Shown here piece after piece: positions 27,646 through 37,243 of a DNA stretch of 64,000 nt; the first letter of the stretch is position 1, and each line of letters opens with the position of its first letter. This stretch comes from Candidatus Sericytochromatia bacterium (GTDB taxonomy: Bacteria > Cyanobacteriota > Sericytochromatia > S15B-MN24 > UBA4093): NCBI GenBank assembly GCA_036676985.1, contig JAKFBU010000038.1:160001-224000 (forward strand), in the 5' to 3' direction. Under the pieces are notes generated by a model. That model was not told where the DNA came from. It did no database searches and was given only the letters and a program-made list of their open reading frames with translations. A program made the position numbers and the translations under genes.

Positions 27646-28989
27646 ATGTTCTCCAAGATCCTGATCGCCAACCGCGGGGAGATCGCGGTCCGCGTCATCC
27701 GGGCCTGCCAGGCCATGGGCCTGCGCACGGTGGCCGTGTATTCCGAGGCCGACGCCGACGCCATGCACGTCAAGCTCGCCGACGAGGCCTACCCGATCGG
27801 TCCGGCACCCGTCGCCCAGAGCTACCTCAAGGTCGACGCCATCCTCGAGGCCGCCAAGCAGTCCGGCGCCGAGGCGATCCATCCGGGCTACGGCCTCCTG
27901 TCGGAGAACGCGGGCTTCGCGCGCGCCTGCGCCGAGGCGGGCCTCACCTTCATCGGTCCCAAGCCCGAGGTCATCGCCCAGATGGGCGTCAAGACCGAGG
28001 CGCGCGCCCTTATGAAGGCGGCGGGCGTCCCGGTGGTCCCGGGCATCGAGACCGCCTGCTCGGACATCGAGGAGGCCCAGCGGATCGCCCTGGAGATCGG
28101 CTACCCCGTGATGCTCAAGGCGGCCTCGGGCGGCGGCGGCATCGGCATGCAGGTCTGCCCGGACGCCGCCGAGCTCGAGAAGGCCTTCAAGCTGTGCGCC
28201 GGTCGGGCCAAGGCCTACTTCGGCAACGGCGACCTCTACGTCGAGAAGTACATCGCCAACCCCCGTCACGTCGAGATCCAGGTGCTCGCCGACCACCACG
28301 GCCACGTGGTGCACCTCAACGAGCGCGAGTGCTCGATCCAGCGCCGGCACCAGAAGGTCGTCGAGGAGGCCCCCTCGCCCGTGGTCGACGCGGCCCTGCG
28401 CGCCCGCATGGGCGAGGTGGCGGTCCAGGCCGTCCGCGCCCTCGGCTACACCAACGCGGGCACGCTCGAGTTCCTGGTCGACGCCGATCGCAACTTCTAC
28501 TTCCTCGAGATGAACACCCGCCTCCAGGTGGAGCACCCGGTCACGGAGCTCACGACGGGGGTGGACCTCGTGCGGTGGCAGATCCGGATCGCCGCGGGTG
28601 AGGCGCTCACCCTGCAACAGGCGGAACTGGCGCCCAAGGGCCACGCCGTCGAGGTGCGCCTCTACGCCGAGGACCCCAACACCTTCTTCCCGAGCCCCGG
28701 CACCATCGCCGAGCTGCGCTGGCCCGACGGCATCCGCGTCGATACCTGGGTCGAGGCGGGCACGGTGGTCAGCCCCCACTACGACCCGATGATCGCCAAG
28801 CTCATCGCGCACGGCGCCGATCGCGCCGAGGCGATCGCCAAGCTCCAGGAGGCGCTCGGTCGCCTGGAGGTCGCGGGCATCAAGACCAACACGCCGATGC
28901 TTCTCACCGTGCTCGGGCACCCCAAGTTCCGCGCGGGCGACTTCTCCACGGACTTCGTCGCCGCCGAGCTCACCCCCGCCAAGGTTTAG
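27646..28989 (+). CDS. Biotin carboxylase subunit
   Basis: KILIANRGEIA, HPGYGLLSEN, GGGGIGM, ERECSIQRRHQK, EMNTRLQVEH. Confidence 0.95.
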   Translation: MFSKILIANRGEIAVRVIRACQAMGLRTVAVYSEADADAMHVKLADEAYPIGPAPVAQSYLKVDAILEAAKQSGAEAIHPGYGLLSENAGFARACAEAGLTFIGPKPEVIAQMGVKTEARALMKAAGVPVVPGIETACSDIEEAQRIALEIGYPVMLKAASGGGGIGMQVCPDAAELEKAFKLCAGRAKAYFGNGDLYVEKYIANPRHVEIQVLADHHGHVVHLNERECSIQRRHQKVVEEAPSPVVDAALRARMGEVAVQAVRALGYTNAGTLEFLVDADRNFYFLEMNTRLQVEHPVTELTTGVDLVRWQIRIAAGEALTLQQAELAPKGHAVEVRLYAEDPNTFFPSPGTIAELRWPDGIRVDTWVEAGTVVSPHYDPMIAKLIAHGADRAEAIAKLQEALGRLEVAGIKTNTPMLLTVLGHPKFRAGDFSTDFVAAELTPAKV

Positions 28990-29013
28990 GACACAGAAAG
29001 GAACGCAGCACCC

Positions 29014-29226
29014 ATGCCCAACGTCACCAGCACCATGGCCGGCACCATCATCGAGGTCACCGTCAACGTCGGCGACCAGGTCGAGGCCGGTCAGGACGTC
29101 GCTTGCCTCGAGTCCATGAAGATGCAGATGTACCTCCAGTCCGAGACCTCTGGTAAGGTCAAGGCGGTGAAGGTGAACTCCGGCGACTTCGTGAACGAGG
29201 GCGACGTCGTTCTCGAGCTCGAGTAA
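29014..29226 (+). CDS. Stand-alone biotin carboxyl carrier protein
   Basis: LESMKMQ biotinylation motif; 70 aa. Confidence 0.9.
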   Translation: MPNVTSTMAGTIIEVTVNVGDQVEAGQDVACLESMKMQMYLQSETSGKVKAVKVNSGDFVNEGDVVLELE

Positions 29227-29250
29227 GTAGGAACGAGAGAAAGGGAGTCC

Positions 29251-30168
29251 ATGGCGACGACGGAGTTGCCGCGGAAGGTGACGGTAGTCGAGGTCGGTCC
29301 CCGGGACGGCCTCCAGAACGAAAAGACCCCCGTCGATACTGCGGACAAGGTACGGTTCATCGATCGGCTCTCCGAGACGGGCTTGACCCAGATCGAGGTG
29401 ACCAGCTTCGTCAACCCGGCCTGGATTCCCCCCCTGGCGGACGCGGTGGAGGTGGCTTCGGCCATCCACCGCAAGCCCGGCGTCACCTACTCGGGCCTGG
29501 TCCCCAACCTCAAGGGCTACGAGCGGGCGCGGACCGCCCGGATGGATGCGATCGCCCTCTTCATGTCGGCGAGCGAGACCCACAGCAAGAAGAACATCAA
29601 CAAGACCATCGCCGAATCGCTGCCCGTCCTGCGGGAGGTATCCGAGGCGGCCGTCGCGGACGGCGTCCAGGTCCGGGCCTACCTCTCGGTGGTCTTCGGC
29701 TGCCCGTACGAGGGCCACGTCGATCCCGAGCAGGTTCGGTCCATCGTCCGCGAGCTCCTGGCCATGGGCGTGTACCAGGTGAGCCTGGGCGACACCACTG
29801 GCATGGGCAACCCCTTGCAGGTCAAGCGGATGCTTGCGATGCTCGAGGCCGAGTTCGGCCTGGAGCCCTTCGCGCTGCACTTCCATGACACGCGGGGCAC
29901 GGCCCTGGCCAACGTCCTGGCGGGCCTGGAGATGGGCGTCACGACCTTCGACGCATCGGCGGGCGGCCTGGGCGGGTGTCCCTACGCACCGGGGGCTTCG
30001 GGAAACCTCGCCACCGACGATCTCGTCTACATGCTGCACGAGATGGGCGTGGAGACGGGCATCGACCTGGACAAGCTCGTCGCCTGCTCGGCCATGATGC
30101 AGCAGATCCTCGGCAAGGAGCTGCCCAGCCGTTACCTCAAGAGCCGTCTGGCCACGTGTTCGGTCTGA
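29251..30168 (+). CDS. Hydroxymethylglutaryl-CoA lyase
   Basis: EVGPRDGLQNE, LHFHDTRG, GLGGCPYAPGASGN. Confidence 0.95.
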   Translation: MATTELPRKVTVVEVGPRDGLQNEKTPVDTADKVRFIDRLSETGLTQIEVTSFVNPAWIPPLADAVEVASAIHRKPGVTYSGLVPNLKGYERARTARMDAIALFMSASETHSKKNINKTIAESLPVLREVSEAAVADGVQVRAYLSVVFGCPYEGHVDPEQVRSIVRELLAMGVYQVSLGDTTGMGNPLQVKRMLAMLEAEFGLEPFALHFHDTRGTALANVLAGLEMGVTTFDASAGGLGGCPYAPGASGNLATDDLVYMLHEMGVETGIDLDKLVACSAMMQQILGKELPSRYLKSRLATCSV

Positions 30169-30186
30169 AGGGCCAACCCAGTGACC

Positions 30187-30312
30187 ACCCCCCCAACCCC
30201 CCCTGCTTCGCAAGGGGGGCTCATGAAGGGGCGGCTCAGCTCATCTAATCCCTTCCGCGCAGCGGAAGCACTCCCTATGTCCCCCTTGCGAAGCAGGGGG
30301 GGAAGGGGGGGT
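30187..30312. repeat. Small palindromic C/G-tract dispersed element (copy 1)
   Basis: Inverted arms CCCCCCCAACCCCCCCTGCTTCGCAAGGGGGG ... CCCCCTTGCGAAGCAGGGGGGGAAGGGGGGG around a ~58 bp core. Confidence 0.7.
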
Positions 30313-30353
30313 AAAAAGTAGCCACTACTGAAGCACCAGGAGACCCAGAAGAC

Positions 30354-31133
30354 ATGGAACAAGTCGTCCTCACCGAGCGCCGCGGCCCGGTCGTCATCCT
30401 GACCCTCAACCGCCCGGACAAGATGAACGCCCTCAGCTTCCCGACCCTGATCCTGCTGCGCGAGGCCATCGAGTCCGTGCGCTTCGATCCCGAGGTGCGG
30501 GCCCTCATCATCACGGGCTCGGGTGAAAAGTCCTTCTGCGCGGGCGCCGACCTCAAGGAGCGCGCTGCCATGACCCCGGTCCAGGTCAAGGAGTTCATCC
30601 GGACCATCCGGGACACCTTCACGGCCATCGAGGACCTGGGCAAGCCCGTCATCGCCGCGGTCAACGGCGTGGCCCTCGGCGGTGGCACCGAGCTCGCGCT
30701 CGCCTGCGACATCCGCCTCGCGGCCGAAACGGCCACCCTCGGCCTCACGGAGACGGGCCTCGGCATCATCCCGGGCGCCGGCGGCACCCAGCGCCTGCCG
30801 CGCCTGGTCGGCAAGGGCAAGGCCAAGGAGCTCATCTTCACGGCGCGCAAGGTCTCGTCCGCCGAGGCCAAGGAGATCGGTCTCGTCGAGCAGGTCTACC
30901 CCGCCGACCGATTGATGGACGAGGCCCTCGCCATGGCCGACCAGATCGCCCAGAACGGCCCCGTGGCCATCGAGCAGGCGAAGTACGCCATCAACGCGGG
31001 CATCGAGACCGACCTCAAGACGGGCTTGCTCTTCGAGAGCCGCGCCTACGACGTCATCATCCCCACCAAGGATCGGCTTGAGGGTCTTGCCGCCTTCCGC
31101 GAGAAGCGCAAGCCCGTGTACATCGGGGAGTAG
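30354..31133 (+). CDS. Enoyl-CoA hydratase (methylglutaconyl-CoA hydratase-like)
   Basis: LNRPDKMNAL, FCAGADLKER, GGGTELAL, IIPGAGGTQRLPR; lies between HMG-CoA lyase and a carboxyltransferase. Confidence 0.9.
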   Translation: MEQVVLTERRGPVVILTLNRPDKMNALSFPTLILLREAIESVRFDPEVRALIITGSGEKSFCAGADLKERAAMTPVQVKEFIRTIRDTFTAIEDLGKPVIAAVNGVALGGGTELALACDIRLAAETATLGLTETGLGIIPGAGGTQRLPRLVGKGKAKELIFTARKVSSAEAKEIGLVEQVYPADRLMDEALAMADQIAQNGPVAIEQAKYAINAGIETDLKTGLLFESRAYDVIIPTKDRLEGLAAFREKRKPVYIGE

Positions 31134-31135
31134 TC

Positions 31136-31624
31136 TTGGGTCCGAACCTCATCGTCCTCCTGGTCCTCGCCTACGGCTTTCTGCGCTCGAAGATGCCGGA
31201 GAGCCTGTGGCCCCAGGCGCCCGACCTCAAGGGCTACTTGATCGGTGCGCTGTTCCCGCCCCTCCTGGACTTGGTGGCCATGGGGGCGGTCGCCCTCTAC
31301 GCCGCTGTCAACTTCCAGCGCTTCAAGTGGTTCACCCGGGTCTTCGTGGTGGCCGCCATGGCGGCCGGCGTCCTCGCCTTCCTGATCGCGGAGGCTCCGG
31401 TCATGGCGGACATCGGGCACCTCGAGCTCCGGCAGGGCGTCGTCACCAAGAAGCTCGGGAACCGGACCGTGGAGCTCGGCGACGTCCGCGGCCCGGAGTA
31501 TGCGACGTCCTCCCTGCGCCTGCCCCATGCCGACGAGTACGAGCGGGTCCCGACGGGCATCCCCGTCGAGTTCCAGGTGGCCCCGAAGCTGGGCGTCGGC
31601 TACGTCATCGGTGTCCTAGAGTAG
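31136..31624 (+). CDS. Hypothetical membrane protein
   Basis: Three hydrophobic segments, GC3-rich codons, TTG start 2 nt after the upstream stop. Confidence 0.6.
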   Translation: MGPNLIVLLVLAYGFLRSKMPESLWPQAPDLKGYLIGALFPPLLDLVAMGAVALYAAVNFQRFKWFTRVFVVAAMAAGVLAFLIAEAPVMADIGHLELRQGVVTKKLGNRTVELGDVRGPEYATSSLRLPHADEYERVPTGIPVEFQVAPKLGVGYVIGVLE

Positions 31625-31709
31625 CGCCGGGCGCACGGACGGCCGTTCTGTTACAATTTGAATCGATCCATCGCTGTAAGGGTGCGATGACGCACGTTTA
31701 GGAGTTGAT

Positions 31710-33257
31710 ATGAATCCCGGTACGACCATGCAACACGATGGCCAGACGCTGCACGACGCGATCGGCCAGATCAAAAAGGGCGGCGCCCAGAAGTACCACG
31801 ACGCCAACGCCAAGAACGGCAAGTTGTTTGTCCGCGATCGCCTCAAGCTCCTCTTCGACGAGGGCTTCGAGCTCGAAGATGCCATGTTCGCCAACTTCCT
31901 GGCGGGTGATTTGCCCGCGGACGGCGTCTTCACCGGCATCGGCAAGGTGAACGGCCGCACGGTCTGCGTCATGGCCAACGATTCGACGGTCAAGGCGGGT
32001 TCGTGGGGCTACCGCACGGTCGAGAAGATCATCCGCATCCAGGAGACGGCCGCCAAGCTCCAGGTGCCCATGATCTACCTCGACGACAGCGCGGGCGCGC
32101 GTATCACCGACCAGGTCGAGATGTTCCCCGGCCGCCGCGGCGCCGGCAAGATCTTCTACAACGAGGTCAAGATGAGCGGCACCGTGCCGCAGATCTGCGT
32201 GCTCTTCGGCCCGGCGGCCGCCGGCGGTGCCTACATCCCGGCCTTCTGCGACATCACGATCATGGTCGAGAAGAACGCCAGCATGTACCTGGGCAGCCCC
32301 CGCATGGCCGAGATGGTCATCGGCGAGAAGGTCTCGCTGGAGGAGATGGGCGGCGCCCGCATGCACTGCTCGGTCTCGGGCTGCGGCGACGTGCTCGTGC
32401 AGACCGAGGAGGAGGCGATCGCCGCCCTCAAGCGCTACCTCGAGTTCTTCCCCCAGAACTACACCGAGAAGGCCCCCGTGCTGCCCTCGATCGAGCCCAA
32501 GGCGGGCAAGGAGATCGAGGCCATCATCCCGGCCAACCAGAACCAGCCCTTCAACATGTACGAGCTGCTCGATCGTCTGATCGACGAGGGGTCGTTCTTC
32601 GAGATCAAGAAGCTCTTCGCGCAGGAGCTCGTCACGGGCTTCGCCCGCATCGGCGGCCGCGCGGTGGGCATCCTCGCCAACCAGCCCCGTGTCAAGGGCG
32701 GCGTGCTCTTCACGGACACGGCCGACAAGGCGGCGCGCTTCATCTGGCTGTGCGACGCCTTCAACATCCCCCTGCTGTTCCTCGCGGACGTGCCGGGCTT
32801 CATGATCGGCTCGAAGGTCGAGAAGGAAGGCATCATCCGCCACGGCGCCAAGATGATCTCGGCGGTGTCGGACGCGACGGTGCCCAAGATCTCGGTCATC
32901 CTCCGCAAGGCCTACGGTGCGGGCCTGTACGCGATGGCGGGCCCGGCCTTCGAGCCGGACGTCTGCCTGGCGCTGCCCTCGGCCATGATCGCCGTCATGG
33001 GCCCCGAGGCCGCGATCAACGCGGTCTATGCCAACAAGATCGCCGAGCTGCCGGAAGCGGAGCGTGCGGCCTACGTCGCCGAGAAGCGCGAGGAGTACCA
33101 GCGGGACATCGACATCTACCGCCTGGCCTCGGAGCTCGTCATCGACGGCATCATCGAGCCGGCCTTGCTGCGTGATGAGCTCATCAAGCGCTTTGCCGCG
33201 TACGAGACCAAGGAAGTTCCCCCGGCGCCCAAGCGCCGGTCGGTGCTGCCCGTCTAA
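31710..33257 (+). CDS. Acyl-CoA carboxylase carboxyltransferase subunit (methylcrotonyl-CoA carboxylase beta/YngE-like)
   Basis: KLFVRDRL, DSAGARITDQ, ADVPGFMIG, RKAYGAGLYAM; extended -10 TGTTACAAT at 31649-31657. Confidence 0.92.
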   Translation: MNPGTTMQHDGQTLHDAIGQIKKGGAQKYHDANAKNGKLFVRDRLKLLFDEGFELEDAMFANFLAGDLPADGVFTGIGKVNGRTVCVMANDSTVKAGSWGYRTVEKIIRIQETAAKLQVPMIYLDDSAGARITDQVEMFPGRRGAGKIFYNEVKMSGTVPQICVLFGPAAAGGAYIPAFCDITIMVEKNASMYLGSPRMAEMVIGEKVSLEEMGGARMHCSVSGCGDVLVQTEEEAIAALKRYLEFFPQNYTEKAPVLPSIEPKAGKEIEAIIPANQNQPFNMYELLDRLIDEGSFFEIKKLFAQELVTGFARIGGRAVGILANQPRVKGGVLFTDTADKAARFIWLCDAFNIPLLFLADVPGFMIGSKVEKEGIIRHGAKMISAVSDATVPKISVILRKAYGAGLYAMAGPAFEPDVCLALPSAMIAVMGPEAAINAVYANKIAELPEAERAAYVAEKREEYQRDIDIYRLASELVIDGIIEPALLRDELIKRFAAYETKEVPPAPKRRSVLPV

Positions 33258-33270
33258 TCATCCGGTTACG

Positions 33271-33301
33271 AGGCCCCCTCGCTTGCGAGGGGGCCTTTAT
33301 T
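33271..33301 (+). terminator. Intrinsic terminator
   Basis: AGGCCCCCTCGC-TT-GCGAGGGGGCCT followed by TTATT. Confidence 0.7.
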
Positions 33302-33371
33302 CATGGGAGGGCCGACTGATCTACCCCGGTAAGAGCCGTACCCTCGCCAAACAAACGGGTATACCACCCCT

Positions 33372-33866
33372 ATGAACCAGCAAAGGGATAGTCTCACGCA
33401 CTCCGGCGGCGTCGTGCTGCGCTCCAGCTCGCGTCGCTGCCTGCTGTTCGCCCTGCCGCTTCTCGTCCTGACCGTCATCAGCCTCGCGACGACCTGGCAG
33501 AAACCGCATGCCCTGCTTCCCTTGCTGCTCTTCGGCCTGTTCATAGGCGCTCCGTTCATCTGGTGGGCCATCGCTCACCAAATCGAACTGACCGCCGAAC
33601 GCGTGCGCCACCGGATCCCCCTCGCTCCCGTGCGCGAGGTCGCTCTGGCCGACCTGGAGCTCGTCGACCTCCGCCCCTCGGACCGACGCTGGCCCTGTCC
33701 TGTCTACGTCGTCACCCTGGCGACCAGGCAAGGCGACTACCTGCCCTTCGAGACGGCCAACTTCACATCGCCGGACCTGCGGGCCTTCTTGGATGACCTC
33801 ATGGCCCGGGCCCCGCATGCGTCCTACACCGACCGCGCGGTAACCCTTCTGACCTCAGGGCTTTGA
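33372..33866 (+). CDS. Hypothetical protein, two TM helices plus a small soluble domain
   Basis: Two hydrophobic segments followed by a beta-rich (bPH-like) region. Confidence 0.6.
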   Translation: MNQQRDSLTHSGGVVLRSSSRRCLLFALPLLVLTVISLATTWQKPHALLPLLLFGLFIGAPFIWWAIAHQIELTAERVRHRIPLAPVREVALADLELVDLRPSDRRWPCPVYVVTLATRQGDYLPFETANFTSPDLRAFLDDLMARAPHASYTDRAVTLLTSGL

Positions 33867-33897
33867 CCGCATCGGGATGAGCCCTGGACCCGAAACG

Positions 33898-33935
33898 AGG
33901 ACGCAGGCCCCCGGCGAACCGGGGGCCTGCGTCCT
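33898..33935. terminator. Hairpin between convergent genes
   Basis: AGGACGCAGGCCCCCGG-CGAA-CCGGGGGCCTGCGTCCT, 17-bp perfect stem. Confidence 0.75.
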
Positions 33936-33949
33936 GGGGAGGACCTGTT

Positions 33950-35593
33950 TTAGGGCGTCACTTCCAGGATCGTGACCGACGCCTTCGGGAACGTGTACGC
34001 ACCCGACAGGGAGGCCGCGGTCGACGTCGTGTAGACGTCCGTGGTCGAGTTCCAGCCGCTGTTCCCGCGCAGGGTATGGGCCGTCACCTGCTTCGGCGTG
34101 AAGCCGAGCGCCACGTGCGTGCTCACGTCCGAGTCGTTCGTGCGGTTGGTGACCATCACGTACACCTTGCCGTTCGACGCCTTCGAGGCCGTGAAGGCCA
34201 GCTTGGGCATGTCGAGGTTGGCGCTCGCGCCGTTCACGTGCACCGTCGGGATGGCCTGGCCCTCGGTCTTGAGTACCGAATCCCCCCAGTTCTTGGCGAG
34301 CATCTTCTGGAACTGGAAGATGGGCGTGACCTGGTTGGCATCGTTGTTGTAGAAGAAGGCCGCGTCCGACAGCTCGCCGTGATCCAGGCAGAACTGGTTC
34401 GCGATGATCATGGCGTGGTTGAAGCCCAGCGTCAGCGTGTCCGCCGAATACAGGGCGCCGAACATGCCGCGTGACTTGGCCGCGTCGTTGTACTGCTCGG
34501 TGAAGAACTCGGTGTTGGCGATGTAGACCGGATGCTTGGCGTACTGCTTGATGGCGGGCACGATCTCGGTGCGGAGCTTGTTATCGTTCCAAGCGTTCTG
34601 GGCCATGATGGTCAGCAGGTCGCCATCCTTCTTGAGCGGCCAGCTGGGATAGCCGTGGTAGATGAGGAAGTCCACGTCCGTGCCCATGGTCGTCAGGATG
34701 TTCTTGACCGTCGCGGCGCCGCCGCTCCAGCCGTCGCCCAGCCAGTTCGAGTTGGTCGTCGCCACCGCGCCGATCTTGATGGGCGTGGGGCTCGACTTGC
34801 GCATGGCCTGGGCGTACAGCTTGGCGCGCTGGGCGTACTTGGTCTCGGTGGAGGCGTACTCGGAGTGCCCGCGCACCGTCGACCAGCTGATCTCGTTGCC
34901 GATCTCGAAGAACTTGGCGTTCTGGACGGGGAAGGGGTACTGCTTGCGGTTCGCGTCGTCGGGGTTGTTCAGGTAGCTGACGTAGCGGCCGGCCTCCTCG
35001 GGAGTGCCCGTGCCGAAGTTCACGACATGCAGCTGCTCGGCGTCGAGGCTGTTGGCTTCCTTGAGGGCATTGCGGAGGTCGTCGTAGGGGTAGCCGCCGT
35101 TCTTGTTCCAGCTCTGCTCGAAGTGGTAGCCCGTCATGTAGTTGTAGTCATGACGTCCGTCGGTCGGACCATGGCCGATCCGGTACATGTAGCGGGCAGC
35201 TCCCCAAGTGGGACGGAGCTCCTTCATCTTCTCGAGCTTCGCGGCGCCGTTCGGGAAGTTGTCCGACGTGTGGTTGCGGTTGGTCGTGAGCATGTACGAG
35301 CTCGCGGGCGCCAGCACGTCGTTGACGTACACCTTGATGCCGGTCGAGCCCGAGGGCACCGTGGGCGCCTGGGCGGGCAGGGTCGGTGTCGTCGCGCCGC
35401 CGTCGGTCGAGCCGCCGCCGCCCGAGACCGGAGGCTTGGCGCCAGGAAACTGGATGGAGCCGCCCGGGAGGTTGATCGTGACGGGACCGGTGGGAAGGGG
35501 AACGTTCGCGAGGTTCTCGACCCCGCAACCGGCCATGGAGAGGATCAAGAGGCTGCCTGCGAGGGGGAAGAGAGCGGAAGTGTATCGGTTCAA
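33950..35593 (-). CDS. Lipoprotein glycoside hydrolase, clan GH-A (GH51-like architecture)
   Basis: TTG start after GAAAGGA; lipobox SMAGC; VVNFGTGTPEEA, FEIGNE (acid/base), ANTEF (nucleophile), C-terminal beta-sandwich ending YTFPKASVTILEV. Confidence 0.7.
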   Translation of the reverse strand: MNRYTSALFPLAGSLLILSMAGCGVENLANVPLPTGPVTINLPGGSIQFPGAKPPVSGGGGSTDGGATTPTLPAQAPTVPSGSTGIKVYVNDVLAPASSYMLTTNRNHTSDNFPNGAAKLEKMKELRPTWGAARYMYRIGHGPTDGRHDYNYMTGYHFEQSWNKNGGYPYDDLRNALKEANSLDAEQLHVVNFGTGTPEEAGRYVSYLNNPDDANRKQYPFPVQNAKFFEIGNEISWSTVRGHSEYASTETKYAQRAKLYAQAMRKSSPTPIKIGAVATTNSNWLGDGWSGGAATVKNILTTMGTDVDFLIYHGYPSWPLKKDGDLLTIMAQNAWNDNKLRTEIVPAIKQYAKHPVYIANTEFFTEQYNDAAKSRGMFGALYSADTLTLGFNHAMIIANQFCLDHGELSDAAFFYNNDANQVTPIFQFQKMLAKNWGDSVLKTEGQAIPTVHVNGASANLDMPKLAFTASKASNGKVYVMVTNRTNDSDVSTHVALGFTPKQVTAHTLRGNSGWNSTTDVYTTSTAASLSGAYTFPKASVTILEVTP

Positions 35594-35828
35594 AGGAGGT
35601 GTCCTTTCCGGGTGCAAGACGCGCATGAAGAGGCTGCGTTTCGCGTCGTATGGGCTGCAAATGCGCTCAACGACGGTGTTTGGCGCTTCGGTGCCGTCTA
35701 TATACCCGCAATATTGTGAAGTTGCGTGTCACTTAGTAATACTTAACGGTGTCGACACGCCGGTTTCGGGGAGCGACACCGGGTGCCCAGCCTTGAGACG
35801 AGACGGGTTGGGGAATGTTCCGTGCTCG

Positions 35829-35860
35829 AAAAAATACCCCCGGCCGTGGCCGGGGGTATT
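35829..35860 (-). terminator. Intrinsic terminator
   Basis: AATACCCCCGGCC/GGCCGGGGGTATT hairpin with a T-tract on the minus strand. Confidence 0.7.
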
Positions 35861-35878
35861 GCGGACCAGTGCGGGCGA

Positions 35879-37087
35879 CTAGTACCCGAGCAGATAGGTC
35901 GAAAGGCGCTGGTGGAAGCTGTCCGGCCCCAGGGAGGCCGGGTTCTGCTGCACCTTGGCGTCGGCCGCGGCGACGGCCGCCTTGGGGTCCGAATTGACCT
36001 GCGGCCCCGCGGCCGTGGGGAGCTGGCCGTCCAGCGGGCGGGCCGTGTTGTACACGCCGAAGCCGCCCATGGCCACGGCCTGCATGGGGCTGCGATCGCC
36101 CGCGACGAACGCCTGCGCCCGCGTGACGGCCGCATCGAGCATGTCCAGCAGCTCCTGGGCGCCCGCGCGATGCACCGCGCCGTCATAGGCGGGATCCTGC
36201 CGCGCGACGAGCTCCGCGACCCGGTCGCGCTGACCCGTCAGGTACTGCGCCATCGCCTCGGGCCGGCTCAGGTCGGGGCTGATGCCCGCCGTGCGCAGCG
36301 TGGCATCGGAATTCTGCTGCATGGGCACGTCCCAGAACAGCGTCTGGGCGATGGCTCCGAGCTCCCGGGTGGCCTCGGATCCCGGGAAGAGGTCGTTCTT
36401 GCCCTGCTCTCCCACCCACTGCATCTGGGAACCGCGCGTGCCCGCGCCGAAGTAGTTGGCGAAGGGAGCCATGTAGTCCCGGAAGCGCTCCATGTCGCCC
36501 TGGGTCGAGAGGGCCCCGGGACCTCCGTTGCGCGAGCCCTCGGGATAGGGCCACAGGACCTGGACCGACTTGTCGCTGCCGGGCACGTTCAGCGCCATGG
36601 GCGTGCCGGCCTGGAAGGCGGCGTCGACCCGGGCGGCCCGCTTGGCGAACTCGGGGCTCGCGACCAGGTTCTCGAGGAAGGCCTGGCGATCGCCCCCCAC
36701 GTTGGAGAGGCCGCGCTCCAGCTCATCACGGGAGGGAGCCCGTCCCAGGGCCTCGCGGAAGGCGCCCTGCACGAAGATGGCGTCGTCCGAGAGCGCGCGC
36801 AGGTCGGGCCGGCGCGCGTGCATGCGATCGACGGCAGGAGCGGCGGCTGCGGCCACGGGGGCCGCGTCCAGGATCGCCCCCACTCGCGCCAGGCTCGGCA
36901 AGGGATCCGCCAAGCCACGCGTGCTCTCGTGACCGAACCGCGCCCGATCGAGCGGGGCGGTGGTGCGCGGCGCGTCCGCAGCGTCCAGCGGACGCGTCGG
37001 AGCGGGCCGCGCGGCCGGGTTGAGGCCGGGGCGGGCGATGGGGGGGCGTATGGAGTTGGGGTTGATCCGAAAGTCGTCGGACACCAT
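35879..37087 (-). CDS. Hypothetical protein with a DUF4214-like helical segment
   Basis: FVQGAFREALGRAPS...FLENLVASPEF pattern; Pro/Ala/Arg-rich N-terminus without a Sec signal; GGAGG RBS. Confidence 0.65.
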   Translation of the reverse strand: MVSDDFRINPNSIRPPIARPGLNPAARPAPTRPLDAADAPRTTAPLDRARFGHESTRGLADPLPSLARVGAILDAAPVAAAAAPAVDRMHARRPDLRALSDDAIFVQGAFREALGRAPSRDELERGLSNVGGDRQAFLENLVASPEFAKRAARVDAAFQAGTPMALNVPGSDKSVQVLWPYPEGSRNGGPGALSTQGDMERFRDYMAPFANYFGAGTRGSQMQWVGEQGKNDLFPGSEATRELGAIAQTLFWDVPMQQNSDATLRTAGISPDLSRPEAMAQYLTGQRDRVAELVARQDPAYDGAVHRAGAQELLDMLDAAVTRAQAFVAGDRSPMQAVAMGGFGVYNTARPLDGQLPTAAGPQVNSDPKAAVAAADAKVQQNPASLGPDSFHQRLSTYLLGY

Positions 37088-37243
37088 TCCTCCAAGCTAG
37101 CAGCTACTTATAGGCTATGTACCCCTTGAAACAACCGAGTCTTCGTTCTTTAACACTCCTTCAACACTCTTTTGAGCCGCACCAAACCTCCGAGACGCAC
37201 CGTTAATGAAACGACCGGCGGCTTCTCGGGGTATAAGAGGCCC

